A DNA stretch of 64,000 nucleotides from positions 3,265,587 to 3,329,586 of the forward strand of contig OZ251505.1 in assembly GCA_965242795.1 (NCBI GenBank), written 5' to 3'. This document shows, piece after piece, positions 27,675 to 37,479 of this stretch (position 1 is its first letter; every line of letters starts with the position of its first letter). The DNA comes from an uncultured Candidatus Binatia bacterium. GTDB taxonomy: Bacteria > Desulfobacterota > Binatia > Bin18. The position numbers were made by a program, and so were the translations under genes. The notes under the pieces were generated by a model that made no database searches, had not been told where the DNA came from, and was given only the letters and a program-made list of their open reading frames with translations.

Positions 27675-30085
27675 GCGTTCGTCCCCGCGCCGGGCGCGAT
27701 GCCGGCGTCCCGGGCGGTTCGGGCCGCGCGGATCATCCGCCAGACGCGCTGCGGGGTGAGCGGCGTGTCGGAAACCGTGACGCCGAACGGGGCGAGCGCA
27801 TCTTCGACTGCGCCGACCAACGCGCCGAATGGGCCGGAGACGCCCGACTCGCCCGCGCCCTTGGTGCCCAGCGGCGTGAACGGACTCGGAACTTCCTGGT
27901 GGTGCAATTCGACGCGCGGCACTTCGACCGCGGTCGGCAGCGTGTAGTCCATGAACGTGCCGGTCTGCAACTGGCCGTTTTCATCGTACGCCAGTTGCTC
28001 ATACAGCACCCCGCCCAGCCCCTGGGCCACGGCGCCCTGAAATTGCCCCTCGACCAGCAGCGGATTGATGATCGTGCCGCAGTCGTGCACCGCCACGTAG
28101 CGCAGCGGCGTCACCACGCCGGTCTCGACGTCCACCTCGACCACGGCTACGCACGCCGCGTACGGGTACGATGGATAGGTGTTGATGCGTCCCCGGTCGT
28201 CCGGCTCGTGGCGAATGTTGCCCATCCGAAAATAGCGCGTGGCCTCCAGGCCCGGTTCCATGTCCAGGGCGTGTCGGTCGAAGGCGCGTTTGTGGACGTG
28301 TTCGGCCACCTCGGCGAAGGCGACCGTGCGCCCGTCGTCACGGTCGCGCACGCGCAACCGGCCCGCTTCGCAGTCGATGTGCTCGGGCGCGGCGTCGAGC
28401 ATGCTGGCGGCCACGCGCACCATCTTATGGCGCACTTCGCGGGCCGCGTTGAGCGACGCCGAGCCGCCCATGAACAGGCTGCGCGAACTCCAGTTGCCCA
28501 ACCCGAACGGACAGGTCTCGGTATCGCCCTGCACGACGCGCACCGTGTCGAGCGGTACGCCCAACTGGTCGGCCACGATCTGCGCGATACCCGTTTCGTT
28601 GCCGGTGCCGGGCGAGGTAACGCCGGTCAGCACCGTCACCCGCCCGCTCGGACCGACCCGCACCGTGGCGCCCTCGTAGCCGCCGATGAACGAATCCGGG
28701 ATGCAGCCGCCTTCCGGCGTGAGCTCGAAGCCGATGCCGATCCCGAGGAAACGGCCCTGTTGCCGGGCGCGGGCCCGTTCCTCGGCGAAACCTGCATAGC
28801 CGGCGCGGTCCAGCGCGGTGTCCAACGCGCGGGCGTAGTCGCCGCTGTCCGGGGTCGCGCCGGAAATCTGCACGTAGGGGAACTCGTCTTTGGGAATGAA
28901 ATTCTCGAGGCGCACCGCGGCGCGGTCCATGCCAAGATGCTGCGCCACGCGGTCCATGACGCGCTCCATGAGGAACGAGGCCGCCTCCTTGCCGAAGCCG
29001 CGGTAGGCGTTCCACGGCGCCTTGTTGGTGACCACGATCGAGACGTCGACCTCGCAGTGCGGAATCTTGTACGCCCCGGGCACGACGAACGAGCCGACGT
29101 AGCTCATGCCCCAGCCGGCCAGCGCCCCCAGCGCCCCCACATCGCCCAGCACGTGGACCTTCAGGCCCAGCACGCGCCCGTCGGCGTTGAACGCGACCGA
29201 GAACGTCATCGTATGTTCGCGGGCGTGGCCGCCGGCCAGGAGATGTTCGCTGCGTTCCTCGACCCACTTGACCGCGCGGCGCGTGCGCAGCGCCAGCAGG
29301 CAGGCCAGCGGCTCTTCCTGATACGTCGGAATCTTGACGCCGAACGCGCCGCCGACCTGCGGCTGGACGACATGCACCGCGTGTTCGTCCAGCCCCAGCG
29401 TCTGCGCCAGCGTGGTCCGCAGCGGATGCGGCGTCTGCGTCGAAACCCACACCTTCAGGCGCTCGGCCCGGTCGTCGTATTCGGCCAGCACCGCGCGCGG
29501 CTCCAGGGGCGCCGCGGTGTGGCGATGGATGTGCAGGCGCCCGTCCACGCTGTGATCGGCGTCGGCGAACGCCCGTTCGACGTCGCCGCCGGCATAGCGG
29601 CCGTGCAGCATCTCGTTGGTTTCCCATTCCGGGTAGAGCAGTGGTGTGTCGGCCGCCAACCCTGCTTCGCCGTCCGTCACGACCGGCAGTTCCTCGTACT
29701 CGATGTCGATCAGAGTTGCGGCCTCCGCAGCGGCGTGGGGCGTATCGGCGACCAGCGCGGCTACGGGTTCGCCCACGTAGCGGACGCGGTCGGCCGCCAG
29801 ACAATAGACGTCCGCGGTGTGACCACCCAATGCGGCCGGGTTCAGCGTGTGCGGAATAGGGTCGGTCCATTCGCGCACTTCAGTGCCGGTCACTACGCAT
29901 CGCACGCCGGGATGCGCCTGCGCCGCATCCGTATCGATTCGCACGATACGCGCGTGCGCATAAGTGCTGCGCACGACCGCCATGAAGCCCATACCCGGCG
30001 CGCGCAGGTCCGCGGTATAGCGCCCGTTCCCGGCCACGAGCGTGCGGTCCAGCATGCCACTGACCGAACTGCCGACGTATGCCAT
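27671..30085 (-). CDS. Molybdo-hydroxylase large subunit, molybdopterin-binding (xanthine dehydrogenase/aldehyde oxidase/CoxL family)
   Basis: 804 aa; Ald_Xan_dh N-terminal region and MoCo-binding domains (…GGAFG…; …GQ.E…). Form I CODH signature not checked, so the call is generic. Confidence 0.85.
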   Translation of the reverse strand: MAYVGSSVSGMLDRTLVAGNGRYTADLRAPGMGFMAVVRSTYAHARIVRIDTDAAQAHPGVRCVVTGTEVREWTDPIPHTLNPAALGGHTADVYCLAADRVRYVGEPVAALVADTPHAAAEAATLIDIEYEELPVVTDGEAGLAADTPLLYPEWETNEMLHGRYAGGDVERAFADADHSVDGRLHIHRHTAAPLEPRAVLAEYDDRAERLKVWVSTQTPHPLRTTLAQTLGLDEHAVHVVQPQVGGAFGVKIPTYQEEPLACLLALRTRRAVKWVEERSEHLLAGGHAREHTMTFSVAFNADGRVLGLKVHVLGDVGALGALAGWGMSYVGSFVVPGAYKIPHCEVDVSIVVTNKAPWNAYRGFGKEAASFLMERVMDRVAQHLGMDRAAVRLENFIPKDEFPYVQISGATPDSGDYARALDTALDRAGYAGFAEERARARQQGRFLGIGIGFELTPEGGCIPDSFIGGYEGATVRVGPSGRVTVLTGVTSPGTGNETGIAQIVADQLGVPLDTVRVVQGDTETCPFGLGNWSSRSLFMGGSASLNAAREVRHKMVRVAASMLDAAPEHIDCEAGRLRVRDRDDGRTVAFAEVAEHVHKRAFDRHALDMEPGLEATRYFRMGNIRHEPDDRGRINTYPSYPYAACVAVVEVDVETGVVTPLRYVAVHDCGTIINPLLVEGQFQGAVAQGLGGVLYEQLAYDENGQLQTGTFMDYTLPTAVEVPRVELHHQEVPSPFTPLGTKGAGESGVSGPFGALVGAVEDALAPFGVTVSDTPLTPQRVWRMIRAARTARDAGIAPGAGTNA

Positions 30086-30217
30086 GTGCGATCTTCCTCG
30101 ATGTCGGACTCGCCGAATGTGGCCGGACCCTAGCGCCGCGGCGTTTCGAGTGTCAACGCCGCGCGACGCCCACTCGTGGGAGGGTGCAGTTTCGTTTGCG
30201 GGGGCAGGTCTCGCGGC

Positions 30218-30283
30218 GGGGACCCCCCACCGGCTCGACTACGGGCTGACGCCCTTGTCTCGCCGACTCCCCCTCACCCTTCG
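30218..30283. repeat. GC-rich 62-bp element (solo copy) shared with the hsdS-embedded DUF559 cassette terminus (40833-40900, ~95% identical)
   Basis: ggggaccccccaccggctcgactacgggctgacgcccttgtctcgccgactccccctcaccc versus gacgaccccccaccggctcgactgcgggctgcgcccttgtctcgccgactccccctcaagggggg. Confidence 0.65.
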
Positions 30284-30289
30284 ACCATC

Positions 30290-33200
30290 TCAAGACACCG
30301 CCGGCTCGGGGACTCGGGAGGCGACGGCCCAGCCCGCGGACAGGACTTCGGCCTGCTCCAGGACGGTGCGCGTGGCCTGCTCCCGCTTGTCGGGCGGATA
30401 ACCGTGTTTGCGCAGAATGCGCTTGACCAGGACGCGCAACTGCGCGCGCACGTTCTCGCGCAGCGTCCAGTCGATGGTGACGTTGCGGCGCACCGTCTCG
30501 ACCAGTTCGCGCGCAATGGCGCGTAGGGGTTCGTCGCCGAGCACGCGGACCGCGCTGTCGTTGGTCTCCAGCGCGTCGTAGAAGGCGATCTCGTCCTCCG
30601 ACAACCCGAGCGCGGCGCCGCGGGCGTTCGCCGTGCGCAGGTCGCGGGCGAGGTGGATCAACTCTTCGATCACCTGCGCGGCTTCGACGGCGCGGTTCCG
30701 ATAGCGGCGCAAGGTCTGCTCCAACATGGCGCTGAAGGTGCGCGCCTGGACCACGTTCCGGCGCCCGCGGGCGGTGATCTCGCCCTTCAGGAGTTTCTGC
30801 AGCAGATCGACGGCCAGGTTGCGCTGCGGCATGCCCCGAACCTCGGCCAGAAAGTCGTCGGAGAGGACCGATACGTCGGGCTTGTCCAGCCCGGCCGCGG
30901 CGAAGACGTCGGTCACGCCCGCGGACGCGACCGCGCGCGAGATGATCTGCCGGACGGCGCGGTCCATCTCGTCCGCGGGCCGTGCCGCGCCCGGCGCGCG
31001 TTTCGCCAGTACCGCCCGCACCGCCTGGAGGAAGCCCACGTCGTCGCGGATGCGCAGCGCGTCCGCGTGGGGTACCGCCAGCGCGAACGCGTGCGACAAG
31101 GCGTGCACCGCCTGCAGGCAGCGCTCCTTGCCGTCGGGCTGCGCCAGCACGTGTTCCTGCGCCGCGGGCAACAGGCCCAGCCGCTGCGCCGGCGTGCCGG
31201 CCGCCCACGCCGCCCGGTCGAAGCCGTGGAACAGGCCGCAGCAGACCTCGTATTTTTCCAACAGCACCGCGACCGCGTCGGCCTGGTCCAGCGCGGCGCG
31301 CCCGGCGCCACCGCCCTCCGTATAGGTCGCCAGCGCGCGGCGGAGTTCGTGGGCCACGCCCAGATAATCGACCACCAGCCCGCCCGGCTTGTCCCGGAAC
31401 ACGCGGTTGACCCGGGCGATGGCCTGCATCAGCGCGTGGCCGCGCAGCGGTTTGTCCAGATACAGGGTGTGCAGGCTGGGCGCGTCGAAGCCGGTCAGCC
31501 ACATGTCGCGCACCAGCACCATGCGCAGCGGGTCCGCGGGGTCGCGGAAGCGGGCGGCCAGCGCCTCGCGCCGGGGTTTGGTGCGGATGTGCGGCTGCCA
31601 GTCGGGCGGGTCGGCCGCGGCGCCGGTCATGACGATCTTGAGTGCCCCCTGTGCGTCGTCCGGGGCATGCCAGTCCGGGCGCAGGCGCACCAGTTCCCGG
31701 TACAGGGCGATGCAGATGCGCCGGCTCATGCACACGACCATCGCCTTGCCGTCGAGCGCTGTGAGTCGCTGCTCGAAGTGCGTGACCAGGTCGCGGGCCA
31801 CGAGCGCCAGCCGCTGTTCGGCGCCGACCACCGCTTCGAGCTGCGCCCAGCGCGACTTGAGCTTTTCCTTGCGCGCCGTCTCCTCGCCCTCGGTCGCTTC
31901 CTCGAAGTCGGAGTCGATGCTCGGGCGTTCGCGTTCGTCCAGGGCGAGCGCGGCCAGCCGGCTTTCGTAGTAGATCGGGACCGTGGCCCGGTCTTCGACC
32001 GCGCGCTGGACGTCGTAGATGCTGATGTAGTCGCCGAACACGGCGCGCGTGTTGGCGTCGCGCAATTCGACCGGCGTGCCGGTGAAGCCCACGAAGGCGG
32101 CGTGCGGCAGGGCGTCGCGGATGTGGCGTGCGTAGCCGTCGATGAAGTCGTACTGGCTGCGGTGCGCTTCGTCGGCGATCACCACGATGTTGCGGCGCTC
32201 GGACAACGCCGGGGTCGGTGCGGGGTGCGACTCCCGTTCCTCGGACGTATCGGACCGGAGGCGGGCGAGACCCCCGCGTGCCCGGGAGGGAGGCGCGGCC
32301 GGCGCTTCCGGAAAGAATTTCTGGATGGTGGTGAAGATGACGCCGCCGGACGCCACGGCGAGTTTGGCGTGCAGGTCGGCGCGGCTGTCCGCCTGGACCG
32401 GCGGCTGGCGCAACAGGTCCCGGCAGCGCGCGAAGGTGGCGAACAACTGGTCGTCCAGGTCGTTGCGGTCGGTCAGCACCACCACGGTCGGGTTCCGCAG
32501 GGCCGGCTCGCGGACGATGCGCCCGGCGTAGAACGCCATCGTCAGGCTCTTGCCCGACCCCTGCGTGTGCCAGACCACGCCGATGCGGCGGTCGCCGGGT
32601 TCGCCGCCCGGCTTGCGTCCCGCCTCGTAGCGGCCGCCGGCCCCTTCGCCGACGGTGTCGGCCTCCTGTTGCAATTCGGTCGCGCGCAGGGTTTCGGCGA
32701 CCGCGATCTCGACCGCGTGGAACTGGTGGTAGCCCGCCATTTTCTTGACGGGCGCGCCGTCGTCCTCGAAGACGATGAAATCGCGCACCAGCGCCAGAAA
32801 GCGGGCCGGCGCGCACACGCCCTTCAGCAGCACTTCGAGTTCGGGCCGTGCCGGATCGGCCAGCGCGGCGCCGGCAATCGTGCGCCACGGCTTGAACCAC
32901 TCGCGCCCCGCGGTCAGCGTGCCGATGCGCGCCTCCACTCCGTCGGACACGATCAGCGCGGCGTTCAGGGCGAACAGGGCGGGCAACTCGGCCTTGTAGG
33001 TCTGCAACTGGTGCCACGCGGTCCAGACGGTCGCGTCCTCGTCCGCGGGGTTCTTCAACTCGACGATGCCGAGCGGCAGGCCGTTCACGAACAACATCAC
33101 GTCGGGCCGCCGCTCGCGTTGCTGCTCCACCACGGTGAACTGATTGACCGCCAGCCAGTCGTTCTCGTCCGGCTCATCGAAGTCGAGCACGCGCGCCTGC

Positions 33201-33532
33201 GCCCCGCGGACCGCGCCGCCGTCGGGGCGATATTCCACGGTCACACCGTCCACGACCATGCGGTGAAAGGCGCGGTTGCGGGTTTCCAGCGTGACGCCGT
33301 CCGGCCGGGTCAGCCGGCGGACCGCGGCGTCAAGCGCGTCTGCCGGCAGGGCGGGGTTGAGGCGGGCCAGCGCGTCGCGCAGCCGCGGCTCCAGCACGAC
33401 CGCGGCGTAATCGGCGCGCTCCGCCCCGGGCGTTCCCGGTGCGATGTCCGGCCCGGAGGCGACCGACCAGCCCAGGCCGCGCAGCCAGTCGAGCGCCGCG
33501 TCCTCGACGGTGGATTCGGTGAAGTCGGTCAC
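30290..33532 (-). CDS. hsdR: Type I restriction enzyme R subunit (HsdR), ~1080 aa
   Basis: Probable GTG start at [22 protein letters not shown] (classic HsdR N-terminus). Helicase motif I …[11 protein letters not shown]…, DEAH box [10 protein letters not shown], motif VI …QAIARVNR…; C-terminal helical domain. Track ORF 30290..34330 over-extends at the 5' end. Confidence 0.9.
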   Translation of the reverse strand: MTDFTESTVEDAALDWLRGLGWSVASGPDIAPGTPGAERADYAAVVLEPRLRDALARLNPALPADALDAAVRRLTRPDGVTLETRNRAFHRMVVDGVTVEYRPDGGAVRGAQARVLDFDEPDENDWLAVNQFTVVEQQRERRPDVMLFVNGLPLGIVELKNPADEDATVWTAWHQLQTYKAELPALFALNAALIVSDGVEARIGTLTAGREWFKPWRTIAGAALADPARPELEVLLKGVCAPARFLALVRDFIVFEDDGAPVKKMAGYHQFHAVEIAVAETLRATELQQEADTVGEGAGGRYEAGRKPGGEPGDRRIGVVWHTQGSGKSLTMAFYAGRIVREPALRNPTVVVLTDRNDLDDQLFATFARCRDLLRQPPVQADSRADLHAKLAVASGGVIFTTIQKFFPEAPAAPPSRARGGLARLRSDTSEERESHPAPTPALSERRNIVVIADEAHRSQYDFIDGYARHIRDALPHAAFVGFTGTPVELRDANTRAVFGDYISIYDVQRAVEDRATVPIYYESRLAALALDERERPSIDSDFEEATEGEETARKEKLKSRWAQLEAVVGAEQRLALVARDLVTHFEQRLTALDGKAMVVCMSRRICIALYRELVRLRPDWHAPDDAQGALKIVMTGAAADPPDWQPHIRTKPRREALAARFRDPADPLRMVLVRDMWLTGFDAPSLHTLYLDKPLRGHALMQAIARVNRVFRDKPGGLVVDYLGVAHELRRALATYTEGGGAGRAALDQADAVAVLLEKYEVCCGLFHGFDRAAWAAGTPAQRLGLLPAAQEHVLAQPDGKERCLQAVHALSHAFALAVPHADALRIRDDVGFLQAVRAVLAKRAPGAARPADEMDRAVRQIISRAVASAGVTDVFAAAGLDKPDVSVLSDDFLAEVRGMPQRNLAVDLLQKLLKGEITARGRRNVVQARTFSAMLEQTLRRYRNRAVEAAQVIEELIHLARDLRTANARGAALGLSEDEIAFYDALETNDSAVRVLGDEPLRAIARELVETVRRNVTIDWTLRENVRAQLRVLVKRILRKHGYPPDKREQATRTVLEQAEVLSAGWAVASRVPEPAVS

Positions 33533-34293
33533 GCGGCCAGATCCTCGCGCGCGGTCTCCCGCCTCGACCACGGCACCGGCCGCACGTCGTAGCGCCGTAT
33601 CGCGTCCGACACGTTCTCCGGGATGGCTCGGTCCGTATCGTTCAGAATGGCGTAGGCGCGGGACTCCGGGGCACGGGTCTCTCTGGTGTCGATCCAGGAG
33701 AAGGCGACCGCCTGTGCGGTGTCGCGGTTCGGTCGGTTGATCGTCCGCAGGACCCGCTCCGGCTGCGCCCGCGACTTCGGAATCACGAAATCGAACCGGT
33801 GATCGTATCCGCTCTTCCCGGTGAACTTCACGTTCGGCGTATAGCGAACCTCGGAAAGGTCGAGCCACGCCACGACGTCCTCGTAGAACAGGCTCTGGAC
33901 CGTGGGCGACGCCAAGGAGAAGAGATCGCCTACGGCGAGCATCGCCTGCACGAGGTTGTGCTTCCGCAGGGGAAAGTTGTCCGACGTCGCTCGAACTTCG
34001 AGTGCCTCCCGGCTGATCTGCACGCCGAACCCGTTGACCGTCGTTTTGAGGAGCGCCTGCCGTTTGGGGCTCCCGAGGGGGCAGCCGGACTGCTCCAGGT
34101 CGCCCAGCACGTACCCGTCGTCCGTCAATACGAATCCGCCATTGGCCCGTTTGACGTAGATTTGGAGGCAGTCGTTGTGCCGGTCCAGGTACGGCGTGGT
34201 GATTTCGATCCAGTCCTCGGTCCGGCGCAGACTCGTCCTGTCCCGTACCCAGGTCGCGTAGCGGTCCACGAGCGCCTGCACGTCTTCGATCAT
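33529..34293 (-). CDS. DUF1828/DUF1829-family protein (commonly associated with type I R-M loci)
   Basis: 254 aa from [16 protein letters not shown]…; ATGA overlap with the hsdR start region. Family assignment is from memory of sequence character, not a computed search. Confidence 0.5.
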   Translation of the reverse strand: MIEDVQALVDRYATWVRDRTSLRRTEDWIEITTPYLDRHNDCLQIYVKRANGGFVLTDDGYVLGDLEQSGCPLGSPKRQALLKTTVNGFGVQISREALEVRATSDNFPLRKHNLVQAMLAVGDLFSLASPTVQSLFYEDVVAWLDLSEVRYTPNVKFTGKSGYDHRFDFVIPKSRAQPERVLRTINRPNRDTAQAVAFSWIDTRETRAPESRAYAILNDTDRAIPENVSDAIRRYDVRPVPWSRRETAREDLAA

Positions 34294-34739
34294 GTGAACA
34301 ACCCTCGCCGGATGATGGGCGGGTCCACAACGTGACAGAACCGCAGGAAATCTTCGAGAGTTCGCCACGGATCGTTCACGTTCACGAAACGGTCGCCCGG
34401 AACCGGAGCCGCCCACTTGTCGCCGTATCCCTCGCGGTAGAGATGGATGTGCGGCGATCCGATCTCCTCTCCATCCGGGTTGCGGTGCGGTGCCCCGCCG
34501 AAATCGAGCCGGACGAGGACCACGACCTGTCGTCCGCGCTGTTGATAGGTGCCTTTCGCAAGATCGATTCGCGCCCGGGGGATGTCGAGCAGAAACGCCT
34601 CGCGCCGGTCGGTCGAAGCCAACGGAACCGTCACTCGTCCTCCGAAGTCCGGGTAGTCGTACTCGGTCTCGTCGACTCGGCGCTTCTCCATTCTCAGGAG
34701 GGCGTCGGCCTCAGCCTGCGTAAGGTCATGATTCGCCAT
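34290..34739 (-). CDS. Hypothetical protein (149 aa) in the hsd-embedded cargo
   Basis: …[45 protein letters not shown]…; possible His-containing active-site-like motif (PHIHLY). ATGA overlap with the DUF1829 gene. Confidence 0.4.
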   Translation of the reverse strand: MANHDLTQAEADALLRMEKRRVDETEYDYPDFGGRVTVPLASTDRREAFLLDIPRARIDLAKGTYQQRGRQVVVLVRLDFGGAPHRNPDGEEIGSPHIHLYREGYGDKWAAPVPGDRFVNVNDPWRTLEDFLRFCHVVDPPIIRRGLFT

Positions 34740-34754
34740 CGAAGTTGCTCTTTA

Positions 34755-35894
34755 TTACGTGTGCAGGTCCGGGGGGTCCTCACTCGGAATGACGTCGGCA
34801 ATGCGGGCATGCAGCAAGTGCCAGCGCTGGCCGGTGCGCTCCAGGTCGCCTTTTATGACGACCGGCGCCTTGGCGGCGTGGGCGTGAATCGCGCGGTCGT
34901 AGTCGGATTGCGGCAGAACGGCGCTGACGGACTGGATTCGTCCGTCGATGTACGTGCGCAGCGTGATGGCCCCGCCGGTCTCCCGTCCGTCGCGTTGCAG
35001 GCGTTGCACGAGGCCGACCAGTTGCGCGTCCGGTTGCGGTTCGCGCTCGCGGAACGACCGGGCCGCCTCGCGCAGGATCGGCGCGTCGGCCTCGGCGAAA
35101 CGGACGACCGTGCGCACCGTGTCCAGCGGACGGGTGCGCGCCCAGGTCAGGCTGACGTCCAAGGTCGGGAACGGTCCGATCAGGTCGGCGAGCGATTCGC
35201 ACAAGTTGGCGCTCGTCCCGTGGACGACCGCGTTGGAGAAGGCCGCGGCGTCGCCGCCCACCGTTCTTTCCGTTGCCTCGCGGGTAGCGCTCAACGCTTC
35301 GGTCAGACGCCGCGTCATGCGCCGTTCGATCGGGTCGTCGTCGGGGGCCACGTCCAGGGCGAGCAGGGGTTGCGTGGGGGGCGGCACGACCGGAGGCAAC
35401 AAGGTCACGACGTAACTCCCCTGTTCGCTTTGCCCCAAGCGCACGCAGCCGACATAGGCGCTGGCCTCTCGGTTCGCGCCGGCGCGATAGAGCGGTCGCG
35501 GCTCGCGCAACGAGCAGGCCGCGGCCAGCAGCATGTCGTAGGCGCCGCGGAGGAGGCTGACCCCGTCGTTGACGGCTACGGAACCGGTGTCGTCGGGGGC
35601 CACCCGCACCCGGATGACGTCGCGGTCGGCGGTCACCAAGTCGCGGTAGAGCGCGAGTTCGTCCATGTCGGCAACCCGCGCGAAAATGTCGATGAGTTGC
35701 GCAACGACGGCGGCGTAGTCGCCGAGGCGCTGGGTGCGCGGCACGACGATCTCCGGCAGCCCGTCCGCGGCATACACGTCGGAATGATCGCCGTAGGGTT
35801 CGCGCCTGACCCATCCCGCAGCGCGGGCATAGGCCGAGAGGGCCGCAGGGGAAACCGCGGTCAAGGCTTCCGTGTCCCGGATGCTGGCTTTCAT
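34755..35894 (-). CDS. Hypothetical protein (379 aa), translationally coupled to the upstream DUF4365-like gene
   Basis: Start MKASIRDTEALTAVSPAAL… overlaps the stop of the preceding gene (ATGA at 35891-35894). Ordinary globular composition; no known motif recognised. Confidence 0.5.
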   Translation of the reverse strand: MKASIRDTEALTAVSPAALSAYARAAGWVRREPYGDHSDVYAADGLPEIVVPRTQRLGDYAAVVAQLIDIFARVADMDELALYRDLVTADRDVIRVRVAPDDTGSVAVNDGVSLLRGAYDMLLAAACSLREPRPLYRAGANREASAYVGCVRLGQSEQGSYVVTLLPPVVPPPTQPLLALDVAPDDDPIERRMTRRLTEALSATREATERTVGGDAAAFSNAVVHGTSANLCESLADLIGPFPTLDVSLTWARTRPLDTVRTVVRFAEADAPILREAARSFREREPQPDAQLVGLVQRLQRDGRETGGAITLRTYIDGRIQSVSAVLPQSDYDRAIHAHAAKAPVVIKGDLERTGQRWHLLHARIADVIPSEDPPDLHT

Positions 35895-36391
35895 CGGACG
35901 GTCCCTCCTCTCGATTGGTCCATCAATGCGCGCAGACCTTCGACAGTGAACAGATTCCCCGTCGGGATTCGGACGGTGACGGACGATCGATTGTCCGATT
36001 CCTCGGCCCCTTGCAAGTTCAGCCAATAGGCGCTCCGCCGCAGTATGAGCTCGTCCGCGGTGATCGTCATCCAGCGGTGCTCGTCCCTCGGCAGGTCGAG
36101 TACGACGAGCAGGCGCGGCGTCTGGGTCGGCTGACGTAACAGATCGTAGTTTCGACGTTTGAGGGGGAAGTGAAAACGTCCTTCATGCGGTTCGCTCAGA
36201 TTGATCGTTGCCTTCAATTGCAAATCGAGCGCCGGGCGCATCGCCCCGCCGGCTTGAATTCGCAGGTCCACGCCGTCCCGGTCCGGGTCGGGGATGGACG
36301 TGACGTAGCCGGTCCGTGCCGCTACGGCGTACGCATAGGCGCGGGAGAGGGCTTCTTGCCGGTCGGGGGCGGTCAGGAGGGTGTCGGTCAT
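35891..36391 (-). CDS. DUF4365-like PD-(D/E)xK-fold protein
   Basis: 166 aa. …IPDPDRDGVDLRIQAGG…LDLQLKAT… fits a D…(D/E)xK restriction-endonuclease-like core. The family call is tentative. Confidence 0.5.
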   Translation of the reverse strand: MTDTLLTAPDRQEALSRAYAYAVAARTGYVTSIPDPDRDGVDLRIQAGGAMRPALDLQLKATINLSEPHEGRFHFPLKRRNYDLLRQPTQTPRLLVVLDLPRDEHRWMTITADELILRRSAYWLNLQGAEESDNRSSVTVRIPTGNLFTVEGLRALMDQSRGGTVR

Positions 36392-36689
36392 AGGATGCTT
36401 TCACCTGTTTTTCAGGATTGCGGCTCTTGAGAGATTCGATCCGCGGGACGGCGGGTGAGGCAGCCGATTGGGACATTGGGGAGAGTCTCGGGGGCTTGTC
36501 GGCCCGCAGTTGACCGGAAAAGGGGGGCCAGGGCAAGAAGACAGGCTGGCGGTCGTGCATCCGTTTCGGTGGCGCTGCCCGGGAACGTGGGCGTTCCGCC
36601 CGCCTGTGGTGCGGACTGGAAGCCCGCGTTCCCAGGAAGAATAAGGCCAATCGATGCACGCCCGAAGGCTCAAGGCAGCCGGGTTCTTT

Positions 36690-36750
36690 CCTCCGATCAC
36701 CTCCCCCTAGTCCCTGAGATGGTCGAAGGATGAGGGGGAGTGATAGGAAG
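36690..36750. repeat. Near-perfect 12-bp inverted repeat (atcacctccccct…agggggagtgat) in a 410-bp intergenic gap; shares the 'gggggagtgat' motif with 40885 and 40968
   Basis: gatcacctccccctagtccctgagatggtcgaaggatgagggggagtgatagg. Confidence 0.4.
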
Positions 36751-36802
36751 GGCGCCCTACGGGCACGCTAAAGAATGGATATAACGTAGCCGGTCCACGC
36801 AG

Positions 36803-37474
36803 CTACGATGCTGGAACTGTCACATGGACCACAGCCCGTTCGGCAGGAAGTATCGACTCAGCAAAGGAGCCATCCTGCACGGGGAGCCTGTCAGCATATC
36901 GAGCCGACGCGGTGTGGTAGAAATTCCTGAGAATGAAGTCGATAAACCAGAAAGGCGTCATTGGGGCCGTTACCGGGATCCGGCAGTTTTGGTATTGGCC
37001 GAGCGTCAAATGAGACTTAGGATGTGTTAGCTCTCGGTGACGGCCGTCCCGAGCGTCATAGTCAAAACGCACCGGAAACGGAACGATGTTCCTGGAGAGC
37101 ACATCAGCGTAGATTTCGTCGTCTTGGTAGATATCCGGATTGTTCTGGAATTCTTCAAGGTGGGGTGCAGAGAAAAACGCAAGTCGGTGACGTTGCAGCG
37201 TTCCATTGACGAAGGCGTATGTCATCTGAATCAATGCGCCGTCAAGCATCTTTGCGTTGTAGGCACGCTCTTGGACAAGACTTTGGTAAATTTCCTCGTA
37301 TGGACGATCCTTTAACGCTTCTGACACATGTTCAGCTTTGTCAAAAGTGACTTGCACAAGATTATTAGCACCAGACTTTTGGAACGCAAAGCGTTGATCG
37401 TCGACGAGACTCCTCTCAACTAAATACTTGATGATTTCGTTGACTTGCTTTTCAACCTGATTGGAAGTTGGCAC
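36803..37474 (-). CDS. Hypothetical protein (223 aa; possibly DUF2290-like), upstream partner of the NERD-helicase
   Basis: Low-GC codon usage matching the helicase gene. Lies 5 nt upstream of the helicase stop and is presumably co-transcribed. No catalytic motif recognised. Confidence 0.5.
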   Translation of the reverse strand: MPTSNQVEKQVNEIIKYLVERSLVDDQRFAFQKSGANNLVQVTFDKAEHVSEALKDRPYEEIYQSLVQERAYNAKMLDGALIQMTYAFVNGTLQRHRLAFFSAPHLEEFQNNPDIYQDDEIYADVLSRNIVPFPVRFDYDARDGRHRELTHPKSHLTLGQYQNCRIPVTAPMTPFWFIDFILRNFYHTASARYADRLPVQDGSFAESILPAERAVVHVTVPAS

Positions 37475-37479
37475 GATCC

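Noticed and set aside
27581-30133. 850-aa + strand ORF
   Set aside because: Antisense to the molybdo-hydroxylase large-subunit gene; Arg/Ala-rich artefact.
30153-33592. ORFs 30153..33017 (-, 954 aa) and 30653..33592 (+, 979 aa)
   Set aside because: Out-of-frame or antisense to the HsdR gene. Translations are Arg/Gly/Pro homopolymeric. HsdR in the third minus frame has all helicase motifs.
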